A stretch of DNA of 64,000 nucleotides from Seonamhaeicola sp. (GTDB lineage: Bacteria; Bacteroidota; Bacteroidia; Flavobacteriales; Flavobacteriaceae), in assembly GCF_028281565.1 (NCBI RefSeq), contig NZ_JANQJQ010000013.1, positions 116,846 through 180,845 of the forward strand. The letters run 5' to 3'. The position numbers and the translations under genes are program-made. The notes under the pieces are model-generated. The model made no database searches, was not told where the DNA came from, and saw nothing but the letters and a program-made list of their open reading frames with translations. This document shows positions 46,854-55,988 of this stretch, piece after piece. Each line of letters starts with the position of its first letter. Position 1 is the stretch's first letter.

Positions 46854-47090
46854 CAAGACAGAAGACGGAAGTTGGAAGACAGAAGACCGAAGTAGGAAAC
46901 TAAGGTTGGAACTTGTTTGGTATTTGGAATTTGAGATGCCTTGGCGTCTTTGCGCCTTTGCGAGAAACTAATTGGAATTAAATATTAAGACGGAAGATGG
47001 AAGACCGGTGGTGGAGGACGGAAGTTGGAATTTGTTATTTAAGATACTTTGTTGTCTTTGTGTCTTAGCGAGCGAGCAGTTAATTGGATT
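46854..47090. repeat. two tandem degenerate ~110-130-bp composite units (GAAG heptad array + TTGGAAyTTG + CTTTGyGyCTTwGCGAG + TAATTGGA)
   Basis: nAAG phased exactly every 7 nt at 46854-46896 and 46986-47028. GCGAG at 46960 and 47068. TAATTGGA at 46969 and 47081. Confidence 0.8.
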
Positions 47091-47189
47091 TGATGAGAAT
47101 CTGAAACAACACTTAGGCAAGTTCAGTGTGACAGTTCAGGTTGACAAATGTTATGGTCATTTATTATACAAAAACAATAAAAATAATTC

Positions 47190-47471
47190 ATGAATAAATA
47201 CAAAAAACTACTCTTAAGCCTTTTCCTGGATGCTATGGGATATGTGTCTTTTATTATTCCGGGCATTGGTGAATTTTCGGATATTGTTTGGGCGCCGGCT
47301 TCTGCCTATATAATGACTAAGCTGTATAAAGGAAAGGAAGGTAAGATTGCCGGAGCAGTTGCTTTTATAGAAGAAGCGATGCCAGGTCTTGATGTCATAC
47401 CAACATTTACTTTGATGTGGTTTTACTCCTATGTTTTAAGTCCTAAAAAAGAAACCGTCATTGAGGTTTAG
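47190..47471 (+). CDS. small membrane protein, unknown function
   Basis: 93 aa with two hydrophobic segments and an ATG start. No family was recognised. Confidence 0.45.
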   Translation: MNKYKKLLLSLFLDAMGYVSFIIPGIGEFSDIVWAPASAYIMTKLYKGKEGKIAGAVAFIEEAMPGLDVIPTFTLMWFYSYVLSPKKETVIEV

Positions 47472-47481
47472 GTTATAACTA

Positions 47482-49509
47482 TTACATAGGAATGGTAATG
47501 GTTAGTATGGTCCCTTTCTTGACCTCAGAATTAATATCCAGTGTCCCTTTAAGCTTTTCAACCCTGGAAGCAATATTTTTTAAACCGATGCCTTTGGCCG
47601 GTTTTTGCGGGTTGAATCCTGTACCATCATCCCTGATCTCTAATTGCAAATGAGTATTTATTAATAAAAAGCTTACTAACAAGTTAGTGGCTTTTGCATG
47701 TTTAATAGTGTTTTGAGTGGCTTCCTGTACAATTCTGTATAAATTGACCTTAATAATATCATTAATATCCTCCCAAAAGATGGTTTGGTCATTGGTTACC
47801 TCGCAATTTAATTGGTGAAGCTCACATAAAGGTTTGAGGTAAGTTTTTATAATACTTATAAAATCACCATTTAAATTTAGTTTGGTATTTTTTAAGTTAT
47901 GGGAAAGATCCCTGATATCTTTTTCAATACTTTGAAATTCATTTAGATAGGGCTTATATTTTACTTTGACAGGGGCATCATCATAAAAAAGGAATTCAAG
48001 TCCTAACCGGGAACCGGTAAGCCTGTTTAAAATACCATCATGAAGTTCTTCAGCAATATGATGCCGTTCCTGAAGCCGGCCTTCTTCCACTTTGGCCTGT
48101 TGTCTGAGCATAAGCGAGTAGATCTCTTCATTGGCTACCTGTTGGGCACTTACAAAACGCAGTTTTTCGTTTTTAGAGTGTTGTATTTTGATGATGTACA
48201 GTAAACCTAAAACCAGGACAATAACCAACCCAATGGCTATGATTACAGTATTCTGGGAGCTTAAACGTTTAGTTTTATCAATATATGTATCAGTTTCAAA
48301 CCTAATTCTGGCAAACTTGTTTCTGGTTAACCGTTCATTCTTCTGAATACTATCATTAAGCTTAATATACTCTGCATAATGCTTTACGGCAATACTGTCA
48401 TCTTCAACTTTTGAGAGTACCAATAATGATTTTAATAAATCATCAGCATAGTATTGTTCAGATTTTTCTTTGGCTTTATATGCGTGAAACTTAGCGGAGT
48501 CTTTTTGTTTAAAATGGTAATAGTACTCGGCTAGATGTTGATGGGCAATTATGGTTTCGTAAACTACGTTTTCGGCGTCTGCTATTTTTAATGTTTTATG
48601 ATATAAATATGGTAGTTGTTCATATTGCTTAGATAAAAATAATGTGTGAGCATAATTTTCCAAAGCTAATACATAAAGCCAAACGTGATTTTGTCTTACG
48701 TTTTCATCCTTTAATATTTGATCAAAATGATTAAGAGCTAATTTAAATTTTCCTAATTTTTTATAGGTATAGGAAATATTGTTGAGAGATATATAAATAC
48801 TTAGTTCAGATTTTTCATTTAAATTTTTCTTTAGTAGCAGTGCCTTGTTGTGGTATTTTATTGCTTCTTTATATAATCCTAACTCAACATTTACTATACC
48901 CAAGTGGTTAAATATAAGTGATTTTAAGGTGTTTGTTTTGTCGTTTTGAGGTAATGATTTTAGTAAAGTAAGAGCTTCAAATGAATCAACTTCACTACCA
49001 GTAAAATCTTTTTCCTCTTTCTTGATTACAGCTTTACCTAATATCGCTTTTGCAAGCTGAAATTTAATACCTAAATCTCTATATATTTTTTCAGCAACAT
49101 GGTATTGATAAAAGGCACTATCACTGTAAGGTGTTTTTTTTCTATAATAATCACCTAAATTTAAATGGGCTCGCCCTATAGAGGAAGAGTCTTTTACTTT
49201 TATGGCTAACTCTAAATTCTTCCTGTTAAGGTTTCTATATTCATCAAACATGTTATTCTCCCAAAATGCTTTAGAAAGAGTCTCATTACTTTTTAAAGTT
49301 ATAGAATCATTACGAGTTTTATAGGATAGCTCGCTCGCCTTTTTAGCATATAGAAGTCTGGCATCCAAGTCTAAAGATTGATCATCAGATAGTTTATGTA
49401 AGTGTTGTATACTATCGAATACCTGCCCAAAATTGTGATCCTGAGCAGGTATAGCCAACCAAAAAAAACTAAACAAAAGGTATAGAGAGTACCTGAAGTA
49501 CATTAGCAA
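47482..49509 (-). CDS. TPR-repeat sensor histidine kinase (HisKA_3/NarX-type core), orphan
   Basis: Signal peptide, ~400 aa of TPR-like repeats, one TM segment (VIIAIGLVIVLVLGLLYII), H-box HHIAEELHDGILNRL and a DDGTGF...GIGLKNI ATP lid. Confidence 0.8.
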   Translation of the reverse strand: MLMYFRYSLYLLFSFFWLAIPAQDHNFGQVFDSIQHLHKLSDDQSLDLDARLLYAKKASELSYKTRNDSITLKSNETLSKAFWENNMFDEYRNLNRKNLELAIKVKDSSSIGRAHLNLGDYYRKKTPYSDSAFYQYHVAEKIYRDLGIKFQLAKAILGKAVIKKEEKDFTGSEVDSFEALTLLKSLPQNDKTNTLKSLIFNHLGIVNVELGLYKEAIKYHNKALLLKKNLNEKSELSIYISLNNISYTYKKLGKFKLALNHFDQILKDENVRQNHVWLYVLALENYAHTLFLSKQYEQLPYLYHKTLKIADAENVVYETIIAHQHLAEYYYHFKQKDSAKFHAYKAKEKSEQYYADDLLKSLLVLSKVEDDSIAVKHYAEYIKLNDSIQKNERLTRNKFARIRFETDTYIDKTKRLSSQNTVIIAIGLVIVLVLGLLYIIKIQHSKNEKLRFVSAQQVANEEIYSLMLRQQAKVEEGRLQERHHIAEELHDGILNRLTGSRLGLEFLFYDDAPVKVKYKPYLNEFQSIEKDIRDLSHNLKNTKLNLNGDFISIIKTYLKPLCELHQLNCEVTNDQTIFWEDINDIIKVNLYRIVQEATQNTIKHAKATNLLVSFLLINTHLQLEIRDDGTGFNPQKPAKGIGLKNIASRVEKLKGTLDINSEVKKGTILTITIPM

Positions 49510-49583
49510 CTATTAAAGGTACTAATGTACAGTTCTTTTTTCTATCGGGAGTGCGTGAATACCACATTTATAGGCTTACCCAT

Positions 49584-49617
49584 AAAAAAAACCCTTTCAA
49601 ACTGAAAGGGTTTTTTT
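49584..49617 (-). terminator. intrinsic terminator ending the TonB-receptor/lipoprotein operon
   Basis: AAAAAAAACCCTTTCAAACTGAAAGGGTTTTTTT: a 10-bp stem with an A-run and a T-run. Confidence 0.8.
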
Positions 49618-49644
49618 ATCTGTATCACAAAAGATTATGTGCCA

Positions 49645-50202
49645 CTAAGCCACGGTAACATTGAAAGTTACTTCTATATCGGTGCTTCCACCCGCGCCTG
49701 TAGCCGTCCCATCGTTTGGTTTTGTTGGCTCATGCTTTAAAATTACGGTTAAAGTACCTGTACCTGCAGCACCGGTATCTACCGTTGTGTCTATACCAAC
49801 AGGATTACCACCACCATCAACATCGGTTTTAGTAATAGTTAACCCGGCGGTATTGGTGTAGAAGAATTCATGTTCATCATCTTCTGCCTTCACTTCTATG
49901 GTAATATCTTCTGCAGGGGTTTCAGTAGCGTTCCATAACTTCATAGCTCCGGTATAGGTGGCATTGGCAGTAAAAGGACCTGAGACATCATACACACCAT
50001 CCGCACCACCTTCACCGTCGAGATCAGTAAAAGTTAATATAACTACATCTGTGTTATCTGCATTATTGGTCAATGTGTAGACAACGGTGGTAATTAATTC
50101 TTCTTCATGGTCATGATCATCATCATGATCATCGTCACTTGAACAGCTTAAAACAGTTAGGCTGGAAATAAAAAATACGGCTAATAATTTAATTGTTTTC
50201 AT
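49645..50202 (-). CDS. acidic His/Asp-rich lipoprotein with two internal DxDGxGG repeats
   Basis: Lipobox VLSC followed by SSDDDHDDDHDHEEE. TFTDLDGEGGADG and TKTDVDGGGNPVG repeats. ATG at 50202 preferred over 50226. Confidence 0.6.
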   Translation of the reverse strand: MKTIKLLAVFFISSLTVLSCSSDDDHDDDHDHEEELITTVVYTLTNNADNTDVVILTFTDLDGEGGADGVYDVSGPFTANATYTGAMKLWNATETPAEDITIEVKAEDDEHEFFYTNTAGLTITKTDVDGGGNPVGIDTTVDTGAAGTGTLTVILKHEPTKPNDGTATGAGGSTDIEVTFNVTVA

Positions 50203-50232
50203 GGTTTTTAATTTAAAATTTGACATGATTTA

Positions 50233-52629
50233 TTAATAATTGAATTTGAGTTTTACATTAAAGTTTCTGCCTACCTCATCAGCAAAATATCGTAACCTGT
50301 TTAAGTTTTCTCTGTAAGAAACATTGAACAGATTTTCTATATTAAATTCTACTTTGATGTTTCCGGTTTTAAAGGCGTTAAAGTTCATGGAACTGCTAAA
50401 ATTAAAAAGGGTATAGGCAGGAGGTGTCGAACTAATATCTACATAAACATCGTCTTGTAGTACAGGATCGAACGTGAAAAAATTATAGTCTGGAAACCTG
50501 TTTTGTTGTAATACAGTTTCTTGTTTAAGACCGATAGATAACTGGTTTAGGTCTTTGTTTTTATATGTTAATTCATTTGAAAAATTTGTGGAGGGCATGT
50601 GAATAAGTGGAATGTCATCTGAAAGATTATCACCTTTTAAGAGGCTTAAACTGCCATTATAACCTAAGTTATTAGTGATTTTCTTATCTACATCTATATC
50701 TACACCAAATATTTGGGCATCAACCTGAATATATTCCCATTCAACAAATGCTCCTCTAATAGTTGTTGTTGCATCTATTGGTATTAATTGAATGAAATCA
50801 CTTATATATTTGTAATACGGACTGATCGCAAAACCAAAACCCTGGTGGTTTCGTTCTAAAGACACCATAAGTTTATTGGCAACTTCTTTCTTCATGTTCA
50901 GTCTTCCTATCTCTATTCTGGCAGCACCGTGATGTAATCCGTCACTGAACAATTCGGAAGGGTTTGGCATTCTGGAGGCTAACCCGTAATTAATTAGTAA
51001 TTCAAAGTCATTGCTGTAATGCCTTACATAGCCTAAACCGGCTGATATATTATGGAACGAAAATTTGGGGTTAGTTATATATTCCAGATCATCAATTCCT
51101 ATGTTAAATTCAGGAAATAATTCGTCGTAATTATAAACATCGTCCCAATCTGTAATCCTATACCTTTTGTTAGCATCTATTCGTGAAAAATCATACCTCA
51201 AACCGGCACTTAGCTCTGAGAACAGATTTAAACTATAGACCCCTGTGGCATAGACGCCAAAATCATATTTTTCGTAATCGGGAATTAATTGGCGAGCTCC
51301 GGTTCCTGAAATGGCATCATTTTGCTGATATCGTAGTAAAAATCCCGTATTCAGCTTTAAATTATCAAAAGCATCTATTCTCAGATTAGGTTGTAATGAT
51401 GTGGTAAATAGCCTAAGATCGATTGCCGGTCTGTTTCTAAGCTCACCTCGTCTTCTGTCAAATTCTTTTCGTCTGTTTATTTGAAAATCGTACTGAAGTG
51501 TCAATTTACCCAAACCCTTAAATCGCTTATAGGCTTCTATTTTAGCCAAATGATGAAAGATGGCCTGTTTTGGATTGTCAATGTGATGCGAGAACTCATC
51601 AATATAGTCCGGCTCTTTACTTTCAATAGCTCTTACCAGGTCACCAACATTACCAATATGAGCTGCTCTTAATATTCCAAGTGTATTATCAACAAAACTG
51701 TAATAAGCATCAAAACCCTTTTCGAAAGATTTATAACCTACCCTGGCAGAAGCATTTATACTTTTAACCCCTGTGTTTGATAAATTATAATCGGGGGCTT
51801 CAAAATCCCCAAATACCTTATAACTGGCTTGAGCTCTGGTATAAAAGCCGTTTTTAAAGGTTCTTACCAATTCAGAATTGATGTTGCCTCCCCATCCGTT
51901 TGTATTTAAAGACAGCGCACTTTTACCAAATAGACTATCTTTAACAGCGTAGTTTTCCGGGCGAATTAATATTAATCCCCCAATGGCATCGCTTCCGTAC
52001 ATTAAGGTATTAGCCCCTTTAATAACGTCTATTCTTCCTCCGGAATTGATATCAATATTAGGGGCATGTTCGTCTCCCCATTCCTGGTCAAATAAGCGTA
52101 CATTGTTGTTAACAATTAAAAGCCTGCTACTATGCAACCCATGTATCATGGGTTTTACAATAGTATTTCCCGTGTTTAATGACGAGACACCACTAATGGT
52201 GTTTAAAGCATCTCCTAATGATTTATCAGAAAAATTCTCAATAACTTCTTTGGAGACCGATTGCTGTATGCTGGTCTTTTCAATTTTTGAATTAGCAGTA
52301 ACAACCACTTCATTTAAGGCTTCTAAATGATGCTCCAGGCTGATGGCTTTGTATATGTTCCCATTAATTTCCAATACAAAAACTTTAGTTTCACAACTTA
52401 AATGCGACACTTCTACATTATAGGTGCCGTGGCATAAGTCTTCAAAGGTGAATTTTCCTTTATGGTCTGATATGGTAACCTTATTTGTACCAATAAGTTT
52501 AATAGTTGCATTTTCCAGCGGTTTTTTATTATGAAAATCTGTTATTTCCCCAATAAAAATACCATTGCATTTCTGACTGTAACTAAAACTGGATATTAGT
52601 ATAAATAAGATTAGAAAGATATTTTTCAT
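50233..52629 (-). CDS. TonB-dependent receptor with N-terminal CarboxypepD_reg-like domain
   Basis: Signal peptide, Ig-like regulatory domain, plug (IVKPMIHGL...DQEWGDEH), and a long beta-barrel ending in KFNY. Confidence 0.85.
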   Translation of the reverse strand: MKNIFLILFILISSFSYSQKCNGIFIGEITDFHNKKPLENATIKLIGTNKVTISDHKGKFTFEDLCHGTYNVEVSHLSCETKVFVLEINGNIYKAISLEHHLEALNEVVVTANSKIEKTSIQQSVSKEVIENFSDKSLGDALNTISGVSSLNTGNTIVKPMIHGLHSSRLLIVNNNVRLFDQEWGDEHAPNIDINSGGRIDVIKGANTLMYGSDAIGGLILIRPENYAVKDSLFGKSALSLNTNGWGGNINSELVRTFKNGFYTRAQASYKVFGDFEAPDYNLSNTGVKSINASARVGYKSFEKGFDAYYSFVDNTLGILRAAHIGNVGDLVRAIESKEPDYIDEFSHHIDNPKQAIFHHLAKIEAYKRFKGLGKLTLQYDFQINRRKEFDRRRGELRNRPAIDLRLFTTSLQPNLRIDAFDNLKLNTGFLLRYQQNDAISGTGARQLIPDYEKYDFGVYATGVYSLNLFSELSAGLRYDFSRIDANKRYRITDWDDVYNYDELFPEFNIGIDDLEYITNPKFSFHNISAGLGYVRHYSNDFELLINYGLASRMPNPSELFSDGLHHGAARIEIGRLNMKKEVANKLMVSLERNHQGFGFAISPYYKYISDFIQLIPIDATTTIRGAFVEWEYIQVDAQIFGVDIDVDKKITNNLGYNGSLSLLKGDNLSDDIPLIHMPSTNFSNELTYKNKDLNQLSIGLKQETVLQQNRFPDYNFFTFDPVLQDDVYVDISSTPPAYTLFNFSSSMNFNAFKTGNIKVEFNIENLFNVSYRENLNRLRYFADEVGRNFNVKLKFNY

Positions 52630-52677
52630 TTATTAAATATCCTGATTACTAATTTATTTACTAATGGTTATGAAGTA

Positions 52678-53034
52678 CTAAACCAGAGAAGGAGGGGCTT
52701 TGTTTCTGTTGTTGTTTAAACAGGGCTGTTCATGAAGTAATTCAACGTGAACCGTTAAATCCTTTAAAGTATATTGTTGAGTAAATACCGTACTTTTAAT
52801 TGAAAACTCCGGCGCTTTATTGTAGTCTAAACCGTTAAGTGTGAAAGCAATATGACATAAATCACATGGGATATCTGAATCCTCTTCATTATCGTGATTC
52901 TCGCTATCATTGTTTTGACAGTTATTAAGTGCCTCGACTTGCTCATGAAAATATATATGCAAATTAACGACATTACTGGCCAATAACACTGTTAAAAAAA
53001 AGATAGACGCTATTTTTATGAAACTGTTTTTCAT
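52678..53034 (-). CDS. small Cys/His-rich membrane-anchored protein (possibly the family NCBI names HYC_CC_PP; unverified)
   Basis: N-terminal TM segment, LHIYFHEQ, acidic NHDNEEDSD, CDLCH, LLHEQPC and a C-terminal APP. ATG at 53034. Confidence 0.5.
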   Translation of the reverse strand: MKNSFIKIASIFFLTVLLASNVVNLHIYFHEQVEALNNCQNNDSENHDNEEDSDIPCDLCHIAFTLNGLDYNKAPEFSIKSTVFTQQYTLKDLTVHVELLHEQPCLNNNRNKAPPSLV

Positions 53035-53082
53035 CAAAATTCAAGCAAAGATATGCTATATAAAACTAAGAACATTAACAAA

Positions 53083-53388
53083 TTATTGTTTTTTTACTTT
53101 AAAAAGGCCAAATCTTCGTAACATTTTCTTCTCAAAACCCCAGAAGAATTTGTACTGTCCAAAGAGCCAGCCAAAACCAACCAGTAAAAATTGGTAAACT
53201 ATAAAAAGCAAAAGGATGCGAATGGTCCAATATCCAAAAGCCCCCAGGCCTTCGGACGTAATATTTAAGTAGTTAAGAATGGGCTTTCCAATGTAGGATG
53301 CCGTAGAACCGGTAACAGCAAATACGATAAAAATGATCACAATTTGCCAGTTAGATTCTATACCCCAATGTTCTTTTAATTTATTCAC
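53083..53388 (-). CDS. small membrane protein, unknown function
   Basis: 101 aa with 2-3 TM helices. Confidence 0.55.
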   Translation of the reverse strand: MNKLKEHWGIESNWQIVIIFIVFAVTGSTASYIGKPILNYLNITSEGLGAFGYWTIRILLLFIVYQFLLVGFGWLFGQYKFFWGFEKKMLRRFGLFKVKKQ

Positions 53389-53468
53389 AGCTTTTCTTTA
53401 ACCGCAAAAGTACATGATTTTTTTTCATTTAAAAATTTAGTTTTGCAGAAGAAAAATAAGTAGCATCG

Positions 53469-53927
53469 TTAAATTCTTGGAATAAACGGCCCTAATCTTT
53501 GATTAAAGCGCATCTGAAAATAAATAAAGTAGTTGTAAAGCTTGTAATTCACCTCATAGCCATAGTCAATATGCGGCTCATAATCTATTCTAAGTTCGTA
53601 TAAATTAGGATTGAAACGAAACGGCTGCTGAACTCTCTGATTCCACTCTATAACATAAATTTTATTCCTGGTTTCCAGATACTGTTGTGAATAAAACCCT
53701 TCCGGCCTGGCATTTGTAAGTAGCCAGGTGGCAAAACCAGGATCTATAATTATAATTTCGTATTCTAACTCCTCATTGGCAATCTTAACGGTATCATTTA
53801 CTTTAATGGTTTCAGTACGCTCGTCTACGGTATGCTCGTCATTTATTGACGCCACTTGTTTTGTAGAGTTACAATTAAAAGCAAAAAATACGCAGACGGC
53901 CATTATATATATTAAATTTTTCATCAT
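53469..53927 (-). CDS. small secreted/lipoprotein, unknown function
   Basis: Signal peptide with FNC. Conserved-looking ELEYEIIIIDPGF...YSQQYLE block. Confidence 0.55.
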   Translation of the reverse strand: MMKNLIYIMAVCVFFAFNCNSTKQVASINDEHTVDERTETIKVNDTVKIANEELEYEIIIIDPGFATWLLTNARPEGFYSQQYLETRNKIYVIEWNQRVQQPFRFNPNLYELRIDYEPHIDYGYEVNYKLYNYFIYFQMRFNQRLGPFIPRI

Positions 53928-54087
53928 GTATCAATATTTCAATTTAGACTTCAAAACTACAGTACCATTTGTCTTTGCTAAAGTACCATTGAGGCAACAC
54001 CTGTTTTTAATGAGTAAACGTTACCGGATCACGTACTTAAAGTTACAAAAATCATTCCGTAAAGCTTTATCAGATAACGATTTTAAC

Positions 54088-54121
54088 AAAAAAATGCCAA
54101 ACATTAAGTTTGGCATTTTTA
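54088..54121 (-). terminator. intrinsic terminator after the DUF937-like gene
   Basis: AAAAAAATGCCAAACATTAAGTTTGGCATTTTT: a 9-bp stem at 54094-54102 and 54108-54116. Confidence 0.8.
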
Positions 54122-54141
54122 CGTATTTGTTATAGAAATGA

Positions 54142-54783
54142 CTATCGTTTTCCTCCAAATAAGCCTCCCAGCAAACCACCAAGTCCGCTTTTCTTTTTGT
54201 TGCCTCCTAAAACCATCCCTGCAACATCATCAATTACACTACCGTCACCATCGGCATCAAGGATAGACTCTAAAAAACTTTGTTCCTGTTGCGGTGAGTT
54301 GCCGCTAAGCAAACCACCTAACAAGCCTTCAATCCCACTTTGATTGCTTACGTTTTGTTGCCTGGTCTGTTTCCCTAAAATACCCATTAGTATGGGGGCT
54401 GCTACTTTTAATATTTGGGCTACAGTACCGGCATCAACGCCTGACTTTTGACTTAAAGCCATTTGCACATTTTGTTGTTTGTTCCCTAAAACATGTCCCA
54501 GAATTTTGCCACCATCATCCAGTACATCATTGTCAACACCACCGCCAAATAATCCACTTAAATCATCTAAAATACTACCGTCGTGTTTCCCGTTAAGAGC
54601 ACCTAATAAACCTTCGGCACCCTGAGGTGTTGAAGCATTACGTTTCATAGCTTGCATTAACACAGGTAGAGCCATTGTTAATACATCTTGTGTTTTATTT
54701 TGAGGCTGATTAGTCTGACCTGCAACACCACTAACAATGGTTTTTCCCAGGTCACTGTTTAATAAATCTAAAATTCCTGACAT
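54142..54783 (-). CDS. DUF937-like Gly-rich protein
   Basis: MSGILDLLNS start, repeated LLGGL/GGLFGG segments and two DxDGDGS-like loops. Confidence 0.6.
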   Translation of the reverse strand: MSGILDLLNSDLGKTIVSGVAGQTNQPQNKTQDVLTMALPVLMQAMKRNASTPQGAEGLLGALNGKHDGSILDDLSGLFGGGVDNDVLDDGGKILGHVLGNKQQNVQMALSQKSGVDAGTVAQILKVAAPILMGILGKQTRQQNVSNQSGIEGLLGGLLSGNSPQQEQSFLESILDADGDGSVIDDVAGMVLGGNKKKSGLGGLLGGLFGGKR

Positions 54784-54830
54784 GATTTTATTCTAATTTA
54801 AAAGGGTTAAAAAATGGATATTGAAGGTAC

Positions 54831-54861
54831 AAAAAAAGTCCCAACTTATACAGTTAGGACT
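54831..54861 (-). terminator. terminator-like hairpin after serA
   Basis: On the minus strand, AGTCCTAACT..AGTTGGGACT (one mismatch) is followed by TTTTTTT. Confidence 0.6.
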
Positions 54862-54893
54862 CCATTATAACGTTTAGGTCACATTAAAGCGTA

Positions 54894-55844
54894 TTACCCA
54901 AGAATACTAATGATTTGTGACGCTAATTCTGTACCAATTCTGTCTTGTGCCTCATTAGTCGCCGCACCGGTATGAGGTGTTAACGATAAAGCAGGATTCA
55001 TTAGTAATTGAACTTCTGGCTTTGGTTCTTTTTCAAACACGTCCAGAGCGGCTCTGGCAACTTTACCACTTTCAATGGCTTTTACTAATGCTACTTCATT
55101 AACTACACCACCACGAGCGGCATTCGCTAAAATAACCCCTTCTTTCATAATATTAAACTCGGCTTCGTCAATGACATAATCTTTTTGAGCCGGTACGTGA
55201 AGCGTTAAAAAGTCTGCTTGTTTTAAAACGTCTTCCTTAGAAATGGTTTCGATATCAAAATTTACTTTTTGACCATCAAAGAACTCTAATTCCAAATTGG
55301 CTTTATCAATAAACGGATCAAAAGCAACGACTTTCATGCCGGCACCTAAAGCTACTTTTGCGGTAGCCTGACCAATACGTCCGAAACCTAAAACACCTAA
55401 AGTTTTGCCTTTTAATTCAGTTCCTTTGGCGTAAGCCTTCTTTAAACCTTTAAAATTGCTATCGCCCTCTAAAGGCATTTCTCTGTTTGCGTTATGTAAA
55501 AAACGTGCTAAACCATATAAGTGGCCAAATACTAATTCTGCTACCGAATGTGATGATGCAGCAGGCGTATTAATAACATGTCTACCTTGCTCTCTGGCAT
55601 ATTCCACATCAATGTTATCCATACCAACACCACCACGACCAATGATCTTTAAGTTTGGACAAGCATCAATTAGATCTTTACGAACTGTTGTGGCACTACG
55701 TACCAATAATACACTAATATCATTCTCATTGATATAGTTTATCAACTGTTCCTGCGCTACGGTTGTGGTACTTACCTGGTAACCTGCTTTTTCTAAAGCA
55801 TCAATCCCGCTTTGTGAAATACCGTCGTTTGCTAATACTTTCAT
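54894..55844 (-). CDS. serA: D-3-phosphoglycerate dehydrogenase (short form, D-2-hydroxyacid dehydrogenase family)
   Basis: NAD motif GFGRIGQ and an R..E..H catalytic set. It lies downstream of serC. Confidence 0.85.
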   Translation of the reverse strand: MKVLANDGISQSGIDALEKAGYQVSTTTVAQEQLINYINENDISVLLVRSATTVRKDLIDACPNLKIIGRGGVGMDNIDVEYAREQGRHVINTPAASSHSVAELVFGHLYGLARFLHNANREMPLEGDSNFKGLKKAYAKGTELKGKTLGVLGFGRIGQATAKVALGAGMKVVAFDPFIDKANLELEFFDGQKVNFDIETISKEDVLKQADFLTLHVPAQKDYVIDEAEFNIMKEGVILANAARGGVVNEVALVKAIESGKVARAALDVFEKEPKPEVQLLMNPALSLTPHTGAATNEAQDRIGTELASQIISILG

Positions 55845-55923
55845 TTTAAGTTCTAAGTTTTAAATTCTAAGTTCAAAGTTATGCTAACTTCATACTTTGC
55901 ACTTTAAGATTATGTTATTTTTT

Positions 55924-55988
55924 GTCATTGTGAGGAAGCATGACCAAGCAATCTTATGAACAGATTCCTTCACTTCGTTCGGAATGAC
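55924..55988. repeat. composite palindromic repeat GTCATTGTGAGGAAGCATGACCAAGCAATCT + AGATTCCTTCACTTCGTTCGGAATGAC
   Basis: The ends GTCATT...AATGAC and the centre AATCT/AGATT are complementary. It sits between serC and serA. Confidence 0.75.

Noticed and set aside
46972-47193. 73-aa ORF (MELNIKTEDGRPVVEDGSWNLL...)
   Set aside because: It lies entirely inside the tandem heptad/GCGAG repeat units. Its residues simply reflect the GAAG periodicity (E, D, G, R, K). It has an alternative start codon and no promoter-like context. I treat it as an artefact of the repeat.
53728-54135. 135-aa plus-strand ORF
   Set aside because: It overlaps the 5' part of the minus-strand lipoprotein gene in antisense, then runs through its promoter region and the 54088-54121 terminator. 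It has low-complexity, hydrophobic junk composition.
54110-54343. 77-aa proline-rich ORF (PPNKPPSKPPSP...)
   Set aside because: It is the antisense reading of the Gly-rich C-terminus of the DUF937-like gene (GGC/GGT read as Pro codons) and begins inside the terminator hairpin.
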